Shown: piece by piece, positions 12,512 through 23,009 of the stretch | Layout of the letters: each line of letters starts with the position of its first letter | Position numbering within the stretch: the first letter of the stretch is position 1 | Assembly (NCBI RefSeq): GCF_018350175.1 | Contig: NC_058368.1 | Span: 135,906,001-135,970,000 of the forward strand | Length of the DNA: 64,000 bases | Direction: 5' to 3' | DNA from: Felis catus | Taxonomy: Eukaryota | The notes under the pieces: model-generated | The model's input: the letters and a program-made list of their open reading frames with translations, nothing else | Databases searched by the model: none | What the model was told of the DNA's origin: nothing | Program-made: the position numbers and the translations under genes

Positions 12512-13499
12512 CACATCTTTATCCATTTATCCGTTGATGGACATTTGGGCTCTTTCCATACTGTGGCTATTGTTGACAGTGCTGCTATAAACATTGGGGT
12601 GCATGTGCCCCTTTGAAACAGCATACCTGTATCCCATGGATAAATACCTAGTAGTGCAATTGCTGGGTCATGGGGTAGTTTTGTTTTTGATTTTTTGAGG
12701 AGCCTCCATTCTGTTTTCCAGAGTGGCTGCACCATTTGCATTCCCACCAGCAGTGCAAAAGAGATCCTCTTTCTCCACATCCTCGCCAACATCTGTTGTT
12801 GCCTGAGTTGTTCATGTTAGCCATTCTGACAGGTGTGAGGTGGTATCTCATTGTGGTTTTGATTTGCATTTCCCTGATGATGAGTGATGTGGAGCATTTT
12901 TTCATGTGTCGGTTGGCCATCTGGATGTCTTCTTTGGAGAAGTGTCTACTCATGTCTTTTGCTCATTTCTTCACTGCATGATTTGTTTTTTGGGTGTTGA
13001 GTTTGGTAAGTTCTTTATAGATTTTGGATACTAACCCTTTATCTGATAGGTCATTTGCAAACATCTTCTCCCATTCCGTCCATTGCCTTTTAGTTTTGCT
13101 GATTGTTTCCTTCGCTGTGCAGAAGCTTTTTATTTCGATGAGGTCCCAATAGTTCATTTTTGCTTCTGTTTCCCTTGCCTCTGGAGACATGTTGAGTAAG
13201 AAGTTGCTGCGGCCGAGGTCAAGAGGTTGTTGCCTGCTTTCTCCTCAAGGATTTTGTTGGCTTCCTGTCTTCCATTTAGGTCTTTCATCCATTTTGAATT
13301 TATTTTTGTGTATGGTGTAAGAAAGTGGTCCAGGTTCATTCTTCTGCATTTCCCAGCACTACTTGCTGAAGAGACTGCCTTTATTCCATTGGATATTCTT
13401 TCCTGCTTTGTCAAAGATTAGTTGGCCATATATTTGTGGGTCCATTTCTCAGTTCTCTATTCTGTTCCATTGACCTGAGCGTCTGTTTTTGTGCCAGTA
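12064..13499 (-). mobile_element. 5'-truncated L1 (carnivore/feline type): ORF2 3' end and 3' UTR
   Basis: Frameshifted ORF2 C-terminal peptides ([45 protein letters not shown]); T-tail on left; TSD GAAAATTACCA at 12053 and 13500. Confidence 0.95.
12439..12510. repeat. Compound (TG)(TA)n(CA)n microsatellite inside L1
   Basis: Directly visible. Confidence 0.95.
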
Positions 13500-13821
13500 G
13501 AAAATTACCAGTTTTTACCTGTGCTGTAAAAGCTTTGTGAAATTTTTATTACTACAACTTAGCAATGAAAGTTAATATTTGTAAGCCAGTGATATGCAGT
13601 GCTTGGTGCTGTGAGGACGACCAGGCTGAATGATTCCTATGCTTAGTGATTTTCTGTACTCAAGGAATTAATGATCCATTGTATAAAGATGGCAGTGAGA
13701 AGGACAAGAGAAATAATCATGGTGTGACAAGTTACTTGAGATTGGTCTCATTAGTTTTTTTAGCAATGCAAGGAAACTCTGAGCTCAGTAGTAACACCCT
13801 TACCCTACTTACTTTGCTTAG

Positions 13822-13888
13822 ATTGCCTTATCTTGGAAGCTACGGGGCAGCGCTCATCCTGAAGATCAGGTGATCCTTGGTATCAGCC
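13822..13888 (+). other. OCLN: OCLN exon 2, 5' UTR part
   Basis: Acceptor tactttgcttAG at 13820-13821; 67 nt before the ATG; in-frame TGA at 13871-13873. Confidence 0.88.
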
Positions 13889-13938
13889 ATGTCATCGAGG
13901 CCTTTTGAAAGTCCACCTCCTTATAGACCTGATGAATT
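13889..13938 (+). CDS. OCLN: Occludin coding exon 2 (MSSRPFESPPPYRPDE/F; PPxY motif)
   Basis: gccATG start; typical occludin N-terminus; donor TT|GTAAGT, phase 2, 50 nt. Confidence 0.97.
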
Positions 13939-14051
13939 GTAAGTAATTCTTTAGTTGTTGTTTTTTTTTTTTTTTAAACTGTCACATGTAAGAAATGTGT
14001 ATAGTTGAAATTTTCATCTGTTAAGTGTTTGCTGTTAAAAATGTCTGTTTA

Positions 14052-14703
14052 GGGGCCCCTGGGTGGCTCAGTCGGTTAAGTGTCCAACTTCAGCTCAGGT
14101 CATGATCTCACAGTTTGTGGGTTCGAGTCCTGAGTCAGGTTCTGTGCCGACAGCTCAGAGCCTGGAGCCTGCTTCAGATTCTGTGTCTTGCTACTCAACG
14201 CTGTCTCTCTCTCTGTCTGTCTCAAAAATAAATAAACATTAAAATATATATGTGTTTATAAATTTAAATCAAAACAAAGGTTATCAAGTGAAAGTTTTCC
14301 TCTGCCGCTTAACTTCCAGGATGACAGTTTTTCTCTGCAGAGGCAACTATTGTCACCTGTTCCTTCTTTCCTCCCTTCCCCTTCCCCTTCCCCTTCCCCT
14401 TCCCCTTCCTTCCTTCCTTCCTTCCTTCCTTCCTTCCTTCCTTCCTTCCCTTCCTTCCTTCCCTTCCTTCCTTCCCTTCCTTTTTTTCCTTATTTCCTTT
14501 CTTTCTTTGCAAGAGAGAGCAGGTGCACACGTGAGTGGGCAAGGGAGAAAAAGAGAACGAGTGAGAGGGAGAGAGAGAATCCCAAGCAGATTCCACACTC
14601 AATGCAGAGTCCAGCTTGAGGCTTGATCCCACAACCCTGGGATCATGACCTGAGCTGAAATGAAGAGTCAGACACTTAACTGACTGAGCCGCCCAGACAC
14701 CCT
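14052..14703. mobile_element. Two CanSINEs (+ 14052-14245; - 14500-14703)
   Basis: SINE bodies either side of a pyrimidine microsatellite. Confidence 0.9.
14362..14508. repeat. (CCCTT)n/(CCTT)n pyrimidine microsatellite
   Basis: Directly visible; probably an expanded SINE tail. Confidence 0.95.
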
Positions 14704-15164
14704 TATCTCTTTCTAATGGTTGCTTCTAGATAGTTTAAGCTTATATTTGTGGGTATATTTATTCCTTTTTGTTTTTTCACAAATGGTGCGAAGCTTCTTT
14801 ATTAATGCCCTGTTTAGGTGACTAACCCTAAACTTGACTCCTTGTCAATTTTGTAGTAATAACTTTTATTGACATACGGTTCACACACCAAATAATCCAC
14901 CCATTTAGAATGGACAGTTTAGTACTTTTAATATATTCACAGAGTTGTACAACTGTCACCACATCAATTTTAAAACATTTTCATCACCCCGATCAGCAGT
15001 CATTCCTCATTTCCCTCTAGTACTAGGCCATCAGCAGTCCACTTTCTCTTTCTAGATTGTTCCATGTTGGACATCTCATACAAATGTAATCACACAATAT
15101 GTGATCCTCAGTGGCTGATTCTTTCACTTGGCATAATGTTTTCCACATCGTTAGTTTTTTTCTT

Positions 15165-15664
15165 TTCTTTTTTTTTTTTTTTAAAGCCACCGGAGAGGTG
15201 GATCTTTTTTTTTTTAATTTTTTTTTCAACGTTTTTTATTTATTTTTGGGACAGAGAGAGACAGAGCATGAACGGGGGAGGGGCAGAGAGAGAGGGAGAC
15301 ACAGAATCGGAAGCAGGCTCCAGGCTCCGAGCCATTAGCCCAGAGCCTGACGCGGGGCTCGAACTCACGGACCGCGAGATTGTGACCTGGCTGAAGTCGG
15401 ACGCTTAACCGACTGTGCCACCCAGGCGCCCCTAGTTTTTTTTCTTTAAAAAAATTTTTTTTAAGTTTATTTTTTGGGGGAGAGAGAGAGAGAGCGAGCG
15501 AGCACAAGCTGGGGAGGGGCAGAGAGGAGAGACAGAATCCCAAGCAGGCTCCACACCATCACCGCAGAGCCCAATGTGGAGCTTGAACTCACAAACTGTG
15601 AGATCATGACCTGAGCCAAGATCAAGAGTTGGATACTTAACTGACTGAGCTCCCCAGGCACCCC
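15165..15664 (-). mobile_element. Young CanSINE (to 15432) inserted at the tail of an older CanSINE (15450-15664)
   Basis: Outer TSD CCACATC(G/A)TTAG at 15143 and 15668; inner TSD TAGTTTTTTT.CTTT. Confidence 0.92.
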
Positions 15665-16974
15665 ATCCACATCATTAGAGTGATTCTTGCCATTAATAAA
15701 CTCAAGAAGCAAAGTTGAGGGTTCTTGCATCCCTATTCATTTGGGGGTTTCACCATGAAAAAATTTAAATTTGTTATCAGACTTTGATAGGGATTTCTTC
15801 CTGTAAGTAGTTTGTAGCTTCAAGTCTTTGATAACTGTAGTAGGAGTTGTGTTCCTATTACATTGCCCCTATAAACATGGGTGAGATATAACACACACAC
15901 AGAAAAGGGCACAGAACGTGTGATGATGATGAGTAAGATAAAGATAAAGCAAAATCATCACGTAGGTCACCTCCAAGTGCATCCTTGTCTCCTCTCCTTC
16001 CCCTGGAAACCACCGTTCTGACATGATTATCACTTGATATTCTCTCTTTCTTTTTTTTTTTAAACATCTAAACAGTACATTTTAGCTTTACTTGTTTTTA
16101 ACCTTTTTTTTTTTTTTTGCTTCAGAGCAATGCTACAGAAATAAAATGTGAATGATATATGTAATTTTTTGTTTTTTTTCTAACCGTATTAATAGTATTT
16201 CGCTTAACCCAGTATATTTAAAATGTTATGTCAACAGGTGATGTAAACACTGACTCATGAGGCAGTTTATATTCCTTGTTATTACTAGATGTTATATTTT
16301 AGAGCAGCTTTACATTCACACCAAAATGGAGAGGAAGGTACAGAGATTTCCCATATGCCCCCTGCCCTTATACATACATTGCCTGTCTCAGTATCCCCCT
16401 TCAGGGTGGCGCACATGTTGTAATTGACGAACCTTCATTGACAAATCATTGTCACCCAAAGTACGTAGTTAATATTGGGTTTTCTCTTTATGGTGCTACG
16501 TTTCTTTTTTTACACTATGATCAGTTTGGACTGGCCACATTTCCAGTGGTCAGTGGATCGTGTGGCTAGTGGCTGCCATATTAGACACAGCCCTGTAGCA
16601 TTCCGTCCTGTGGATATGTTACAGTTACCTGTTCCACTCTAGGTAGAAATATACACTGTTTCCAGTTTTGGGTTATTCTCAACAATGTTTCTGTGAATGT
16701 TAACAACGTTAATGGAATTTTAAGTGGTGTAATCATCTTTTTTTTTTTAATGATATAATCATTTTGAGGGGGGGGGGTGCCTGGGTTTCTCAGTTAAGTG
16801 TCTGACTTTGGTTCAGGTCATGTTCTCACAGTTTGTGGGTTCAAGCCCCGTGACAGGTCAGAGCCTGGAACCTGCTTCAGATTCTGTGTCTACTTCTCTC
16901 TCTTCCCCTCCACTGCTTGCTCTCTCTCTCTCAAAAATAAATAATAAATATTTAAACAGTTTTTTAATGATATA

Positions 16975-17430
16975 ATCATTTTGGAAAACACTTCGACATT
17001 GTCTTATAGAGCTGAAGTTAAAAAAAGAAAAATTTGACTCAAAAATTCTCCCGGATATATACCTTAGAAAAATAAGTGCTTTTCAGGGGTGCCTGGGTGG
17101 CTTAGTCTGTTAAGCGTCGGACTTCGGCTCAGGTCATGATCTCACGATTCATGGGTTCGGGCCCTGAGTCAGAGTCTGTGCTCACAACTTAGAGCCTAGA
17201 GCCTGCTTTGAATTCTGTGTCTCCCTCTCTCTCTTTTCCTCTCCCGCTCATGCTTTGTCTCTCAAAGACAAACAAAAATGTCAAAAATTATTTTAAAAAA
17301 GAAAAGAATAAGTGCTTTTGTGTATGAGGACACATGCTCAATCATGTTCAGAGCTACATTGTTCACAACAGCCCCAGATGGAGACATCCCAAATATTCAA
17401 GTAGAATGAGTTATGGAGTTTTCATATGTG
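16975..17430 (+). mobile_element. Degraded L1M 3' fragment (SINE-interrupted) supplying the 5' part of the candidate cassette exon
   Basis: catgttcagagctacattgttcacaacagccccagatggagacatcccaaat resembles L1M atgttcatagcagcattgtttataatagccccaaactggaaacaacccaaat. Confidence 0.6.
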
Positions 17431-17572
17431 ACGTTTTCAAAGACCATCTTATCAGTGTTCTTTCTAGTTTGCATTTCCTTGCATTCAAGTGGTTAGCAGC
17501 ACCCAGTAGTAAGATATCTTGCTTTGCAATGAGAGAAGTGGACCAAGAAAATAATGGCAAAAACAAAAGGGG
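17378..17572 (+). CDS. OCLN: Candidate alternative cassette exon (occludin 1B-like)
   Basis: CAG acceptor at 17375-17377; open frame; GG|GTGAGG donor in phase 2 matching exon 3; internal ATG at 17406 gives exactly 56 new residues before KPNHY. Confidence 0.55.
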
Positions 17573-18559
17573 GTGAGGTCAGTTGAGCAATTGAATTTTG
17601 TTCCTGCAGGACCCACATTTCTTACATTCAGCATCCACAGATCAATGTGCCTGTCTCCCGTGATGTTTATGATTGTATTACTGAAGTTTGCAAAGTAGTT
17701 GTTTTTTTTTGTTGTTTTTTGTTTTGAGAGAGAGGGCGAGAGCAGGGGAGATGGGCAGAGGGAGAGAGAGACAGAGACAGAGAGAGAGAGAGAGAATCCT
17801 AAACAGGCTCCACGATCAGCACAGAGCCCGATATGGGACTCAATCCCACGACCTGGGATCATGACGTGAGCCAAAATCAAGAGTCGGACACTCAACTGAC
17901 TGAGCCACCCAGGCACCCCTGCAAAGTGTCTTTATAAAGATCTAATTAGACATCACCTTGATGAGTCCTCTTTGCATATTTGATTTACTTCGTAGCTCTT
18001 AACCATAACTAACCTTTGAGGGGTCTGGATTGAGACACTGCTGTTCGTTGTTGTATCCTCAGTATCTAGCGTAGTGCCCAGCGCACATCACCCTGGTGGC
18101 TCCAGTTAATAGCTATCATGTGAATAAACGCATGAATGTGCTTTCTCAGGTAGGAGAGTGAAGCTGCCAGGAATTGGACATGACCCTGGGTAGGCCACCT
18201 TCGGTGTCCTGTTTGAATGCACTGGTCTCAAATTCCACAAGCAGTAGCGTTGACATCCTTATTCTAAACTGCTTGGGCTTCCCTCCCCAGGAATCACAGT
18301 TTAACTGGTGTGGCATGCTCTGTCTAGGGATTGTACCCACTCCCCAGGTGATTCTAATATGTCAGAAACTTGAGAACCTCTACTCCATAGAAATCCACTC
18401 CATAGAGTGGTCATTCTCAGTGCACGTTTCCCAGACTGGCTGCACGAGCAGCAGCTTGTCCTTCCTGCAGAATCAGCACCTTGGGGTTGGGGACCAACAG
18501 TCTTTGTTTTAACAAGCCCTCCAGGGGATTCTGACGCACAGAAACTTATTGTTCACTGG

Positions 18560-19135
18560 GTGTCTCAGTAGCTTCAGACTGCTGTAACAAAGTAGTACAG
18601 ACTGGGTGACTTATTTTCTCTATTAAAAAAATTTTTTTAATGTTTATTTTTGAGAGAGAGAGAGAGAGAGAGAGACAGAGCATGAGTGAGGGAGGGGCAG
18701 AGAGAGGGAGCCACAGAATCCGAAGCAGGCTCCAGGCTCTGAGCTGTCAGCACAGAACCCGATGCGGGGCTCACACTTCACCGCGAGATCATGACCTGAG
18801 CTGAAGTCGGCCGCTTAACCGACTTCGTGACTTATAAACAACAGTGCAGACTGGGTGACTTATAAACAACATAATTTATGTCTCACAGTTCTGAAGGCTG
18901 AAAGTCCAAGATCAGGTGCCATTGTGGTCAGGTTCTAGTGAAGTCCGTCTTCTGGGTTGCAGACTGCCAGCTTGTGGTTGTATCCCCTCGGAAGGTAGAA
19001 GGAGTCTCTTTTGTAAAGACGCTGTTTCCATTCTTGAGGGCTCCATCTCATTACCTAATTAGGCCACCTCCTAATAGCATCACATTGGAGTTTAAGGTGT
19101 TGGCATTTGAATTTGCGGCAGGGGGTGGGGGGAGG
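18560..19135 (-). mobile_element. MLT1-type (ERVL-MaLR) solo LTR with SINE insertion at about 18615-18825
   Basis: gctgtaacaaag..agactgggtgacttataaacaaca..tttatgtctcacagttctgaaggctgaaagtccaagatcagg; strand assignment tentative. Confidence 0.75.
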
Positions 19136-19282
19136 CATAAAGTGTTGTTGCTTGTAGTGGGGTGGTACTAATAATAGTTTTATTTGCCAATGGATAGTTT
19201 AAATTATTCCGAGTACACGGTATGTTCTTTCTACTTACCTCCAAATGATACTAACTTGAAACTGTTTTCATGTGTATTTCAG

Positions 19283-19958
19283 CAAACCCAATCATTATGC
19301 ACCAAGCAATGATATGTATGGTGGAGACATGCACGTTCGACCAATGCTGTCTCAGCCGGCCTATTCTTTTTACCCGGAAGATGAAATTCTTCACTTTTAC
19401 AAATGGACCTCTCCTCCAGGAGTGATTCGGATTCTGTCTATGCTTGTTATCGTGATGTGCATTGCCATATTTGCCTGTGTCGCCTCCACGCTTGCCTGGG
19501 ATAGAGGCTATGGAACTGGCTTAATAGGAGGTGGTATAGGCTACCCTTACGGAAGTGGCTTTGGTACCTACGGAACCGGCTACGGCTATGGTTATGGCTA
19601 CGGCTATGGCTACGGAGGCTACACAGATCCAAGAGCCGCAAAGGGCTTTCTCCTGGCCATGGTGGCCTTCTGTTTCATTGCTGCATTGGTGATATTTGTT
19701 ACCAGCGTTATCAGATCTGAAATCTCTAGAACGAGAAGATACTACTTGACCGTGATAATACTGAGTGCTGTCCTGGGCATCATGATGTTCATTGCCACAA
19801 TTGTCTACATAATGGGAGTCAATCCAACTGCCCAGGCTTCTGGGTCGCTATACAGTTCACAGATATATGCCATCTGCAACCAGTTTTACACGCCTGCAGC
19901 TGGTGGACTCTACGTGGATCAGTATTTGTATCACTACTGTGTGGTAGATCCCCAAGAG
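19283..19958 (+). CDS. OCLN: Occludin exon 3 (TM1, Gly/Tyr-rich loop EL1, TM2, TM3, EL2 with two Cys)
   Basis: Acceptor tttc[12 protein letters not shown]...GYGYGYGYG...[10 protein letters not shown]; donor GAG|GTATGG; 676 nt. Confidence 0.99.
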
Positions 19959-20119
19959 GTATGGGTGGTTTCCTCCCTGCCCTGCTTTGGGTAGAGGCTT
20001 TTGGGAGGCTTAGTAGAATCACTTTGGGACCTTTTAAAAGGTATTTATGACAAGGCTTCACTTCCTTTGAAGTCAGAATCTGGAGAGGGTCTGGTGTCAT
20101 TATTATGATACTTTTAATA

Positions 20120-21340
20120 CCAGATAGTTCATCCATTTAAAGTTTGGTTCAGTAATTTTTAGTATATTCAGAGTTGTGTGTCCATCCCCATAATCAGTTT
20201 TAGAACATTTTCGCTATCCCTGAAAGAAACCCCATAACACAATTAGCAGTAATTTCTCATTTCTCTAACCCTACCCAGACCAAGGCAACCGCTAATCCTA
20301 TTCTATAGTTTTGCCTATTCTGGATAGTTCATATATAGAGTCACACAATATGAGGTCTTTTGTGATTGGCTTTTTTTAAGACCTTATTTATTTAAAGTTT
20401 GTGTTAGAGAGAGAGAGAAAAAAATGTTAGCGGGGGAGGGGCAGAAAGAGGGAGAACAGAAGGATCTGAGGCGAGCTCTCCCCTGATAGCAGAGACCCTG
20501 ATGTGGGGCTTGAACTCACAGACCCCGTGATCATTACCTGAGCCTAAGTGGGAGGCTTAACCAAATGAACCACCCAGGCACCCAACCTTCTTTCCTTTTT
20601 TAAAGTTTTATTTAATCTCTACACCCAATGTGGGGCTTGAACTCAAGACCCTGGGATCAAGAGTCATATACTCCCCTGAACGAGCCAGCCGGGTGTCCCC
20701 GTGATTGGCTCCTTCCAGTTCACATCAATGTAAAATTCTCAAGGTTCATCCATGTTATATAGCATGTTGTGTCAATTCCTTTTTGTTGCCGAGTAATAGT
20801 CGATTGTATGCCTGTATCATTGTTTATCCATGCATCAGTTGATGGATATTTGGGATGTTTTCACATTGATTGTTTGGAATAATGCTCTGAACATTTGTGT
20901 ACAAGTTCTTATGTGAACTCATGTTTTAGTTTCTCTTGAGTATGTACCTAGGGATAGAATTGCTAGGTCTTATGTTGTCTCTGGGCCTTTTTTTTCCTTT
21001 TTTCCTTTTTTTTTTTTTTTTTTTTTTTTAATGTTTATTTATTTAGAAAGAGAGAGAGAATCCCATGCAGGCTCCACACTGTCATCTCAAAGCCCAACAC
21101 GGGGCTATATCTCAACGAACATGATCTGAGTCGAAATCAAGAGTCAGACACTTAACTGACTGAGCCACTCATGGACAGTGTCTCTGTGTTTTATCTCTTG
21201 AGGAACTGTTTTCCCAACAGGTTGTACTGTTATACATTTACTAGAAACGTATGATGATTGCAATTTCTGCGCATCGTCACCAACATTGTGTTTTGTCTGC
21301 TTGATTCTGTCCATGCTGATGGGTGTGAAGTTGCTCATCT
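20120..21340 (-). mobile_element. Old L1M fragment with three SINE insertions
   Basis: aaggttcatccatgtt, cagttgatggatatttggg, ctagggatagaattgctagg motifs. Confidence 0.75.
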
Positions 21341-22046
21341 TTTTTTCCTGATGGATTTACCTTTTTTTTCCCTTATCTTCTTGTTTTGTTTTGTTTTCCC
21401 CCTCCTTACACTGACTCAGTAATTCTCATTCTTTTACCTGAATGAGTCACTCTTTTGGGGTTACATCATCTCCAGTAACTCTCATTATTTTGAAGACTGA
21501 AATGTTTTCACCCCAAATGTAGGTTTTCGGAATGTTTGTTGACTTGCGAATGTATGTCTGGTAAATAGAGCTGAGGGCTGATATTCCTATCTTACCACAC
21601 CCCCCGTCTCTCTTAGTCCTCTGAATGCCCCAAACTTGTATTCACTGAAAAAGGATATCACTGTTAGATGGCTGCAAAGAGACCCACTTGTTACCCATTA
21701 GCAGAATCCAGGCCAGGGTCCAGGTACCTGCCTAATTTCAAGCGTCGGCAGGCCAGTGGACCACTCAACATGCTTATCAGACACTGGGAGAACTGTCACG
21801 GGGAGGGATTCCTTGTCACAGGGCCCTTTCTTGTAAGTGCACAGAAGACTCCCAACAGAAACCACCTGCCAGACTAAATGAATCATTTTCTCTAATTTAT
21901 AGCTTGGTTAGATCATGTCTGCATAATTTATGGTAAGGTAGATCCTCTATAGACTGGAAGTTACATTCAGTATAAAAAGATTTGCCGAGCATGTGTTATG
22001 AACAAGATTATAAACATGATTGGGTATTTGAAGCTACTTCTGAGAG

Positions 22047-22255
22047 GGGCGCCTGGGTGACTGCGTCGGTTAAGCCGCCGACTTCGGCTCAGGTCATGAT
22101 CTCACAGCTCCTGAGTTCGAGGCCCGTGTCGGGCTCTGTGCCGACAGCTCAGAGCCTGGAGTCTGCTTCGGATTCTGTGTCTCCCTCTCTCTCTGACCCT
22201 CTCCTGCTCACACTCTGTCTCTTTCTCAAAATAAATAAACATTAAAAAAAAATTT
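22047..22255 (+). mobile_element. CanSINE upstream of exon 4
   Basis: Full head, CT tract and A-tail. Confidence 0.93.
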
Positions 22256-22613
22256 AAAGCCCTTTAGAAGTATACCAGTGATTGAGTTAATTTACTGGCC
22301 ATTTTCATCTGTTGGTAAAAAGGCCACTTAGTGCTCAAGCTTTGGAACTAGATTTCTATCATTTAAAATGGGGTGATGAGAGTACCTAACTTTAAGCCTG
22401 TTCTGAGTATTGAATCAAGTCACATATGTATTGCTAGCCTCCACCCAACTGACATGGGCTACATTATATATTTCTAAAATGTAACTATTTGTATCAGTTT
22501 TATATCACACCACAGATATGTAAGTGCAGGGCCTTAGGTATTTTTGGATAGTGCATTAGGATAAAGTAAACAATTGAAATCTAACTGTGTCAATATCTTT
22601 AATCTCTTTTTAG

Positions 22614-22775
22614 GCAATTGCCATTGTCCTGGGATTCATGGTTATTGTGGCTTTTGCTTTAATAATTTTCTTTGCTGTGAAAACTCGAAGTAAGATGGAC
22701 CAGTATGACAAGTCGAATATTTTGTGGGACAAGGAACATATTTATGATGAGCAACCCCCCAATGTCGAAGAATGG
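22614..22775 (+). CDS. OCLN: Occludin exon 4 (TM4 and juxtamembrane tail)
   Basis: Acceptor ttttt[25 protein letters not shown]...PPNVEEW; donor TGG|GTAAGT; 162 nt, phase 0/0. Confidence 0.98.
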
Positions 22776-23009
22776 GTAAGTGTTGTTAAAAAAAAAAAAA
22801 AAAAAAAAAAGAGCATATGTCTGGTATTTTATTAACCCCCCAGGTTTCTGTCTCTAAATTTGACTTTGAGTGCTTTGTGAAACTCTGTTCTTAGAATTAT
22901 TGTCTGTATATGTTGCAAAAGTTGTGCTCTCATGTTTTGCTCAGACCTCTGAGAAGGTGGTACGATAACTGGAAATTGTTTCACTACAAGGTGAAAATCA
23001 GATTTCCAT

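Larger units (their letters stand above)
16770..17919. mobile_element. Three CanSINEs (+ 16770-16955, + 17086-17305, - 17700-17919)
   Basis: TSDs AATAAGTGCTTTT (17071/17307) and TGCAAAGT (17690/17920). Confidence 0.92.

Noticed and set aside
12355..13421. Retrotransposon-like ORFs (also 27460-28302)
   Set aside because: Frameshifted, 5'-truncated L1 ORF2 remnants; cannot be autonomous
13646..13873. ORF in frame with and upstream of the OCLN ATG (possible N-terminal extension)
   Set aside because: Ends at TGA 13871-73, 18 nt before the ATG
14252..14632. Repetitive ORFs (LPSFLPSF / GRKEGRKE)
   Set aside because: Microsatellite translations
19959..19994. Extensions of track ORFs past exon ends ([11 protein letters not shown]; also after exons 4 and 6 and before exon 9)
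   Set aside because: Intronic read-through beyond canonical splice sites
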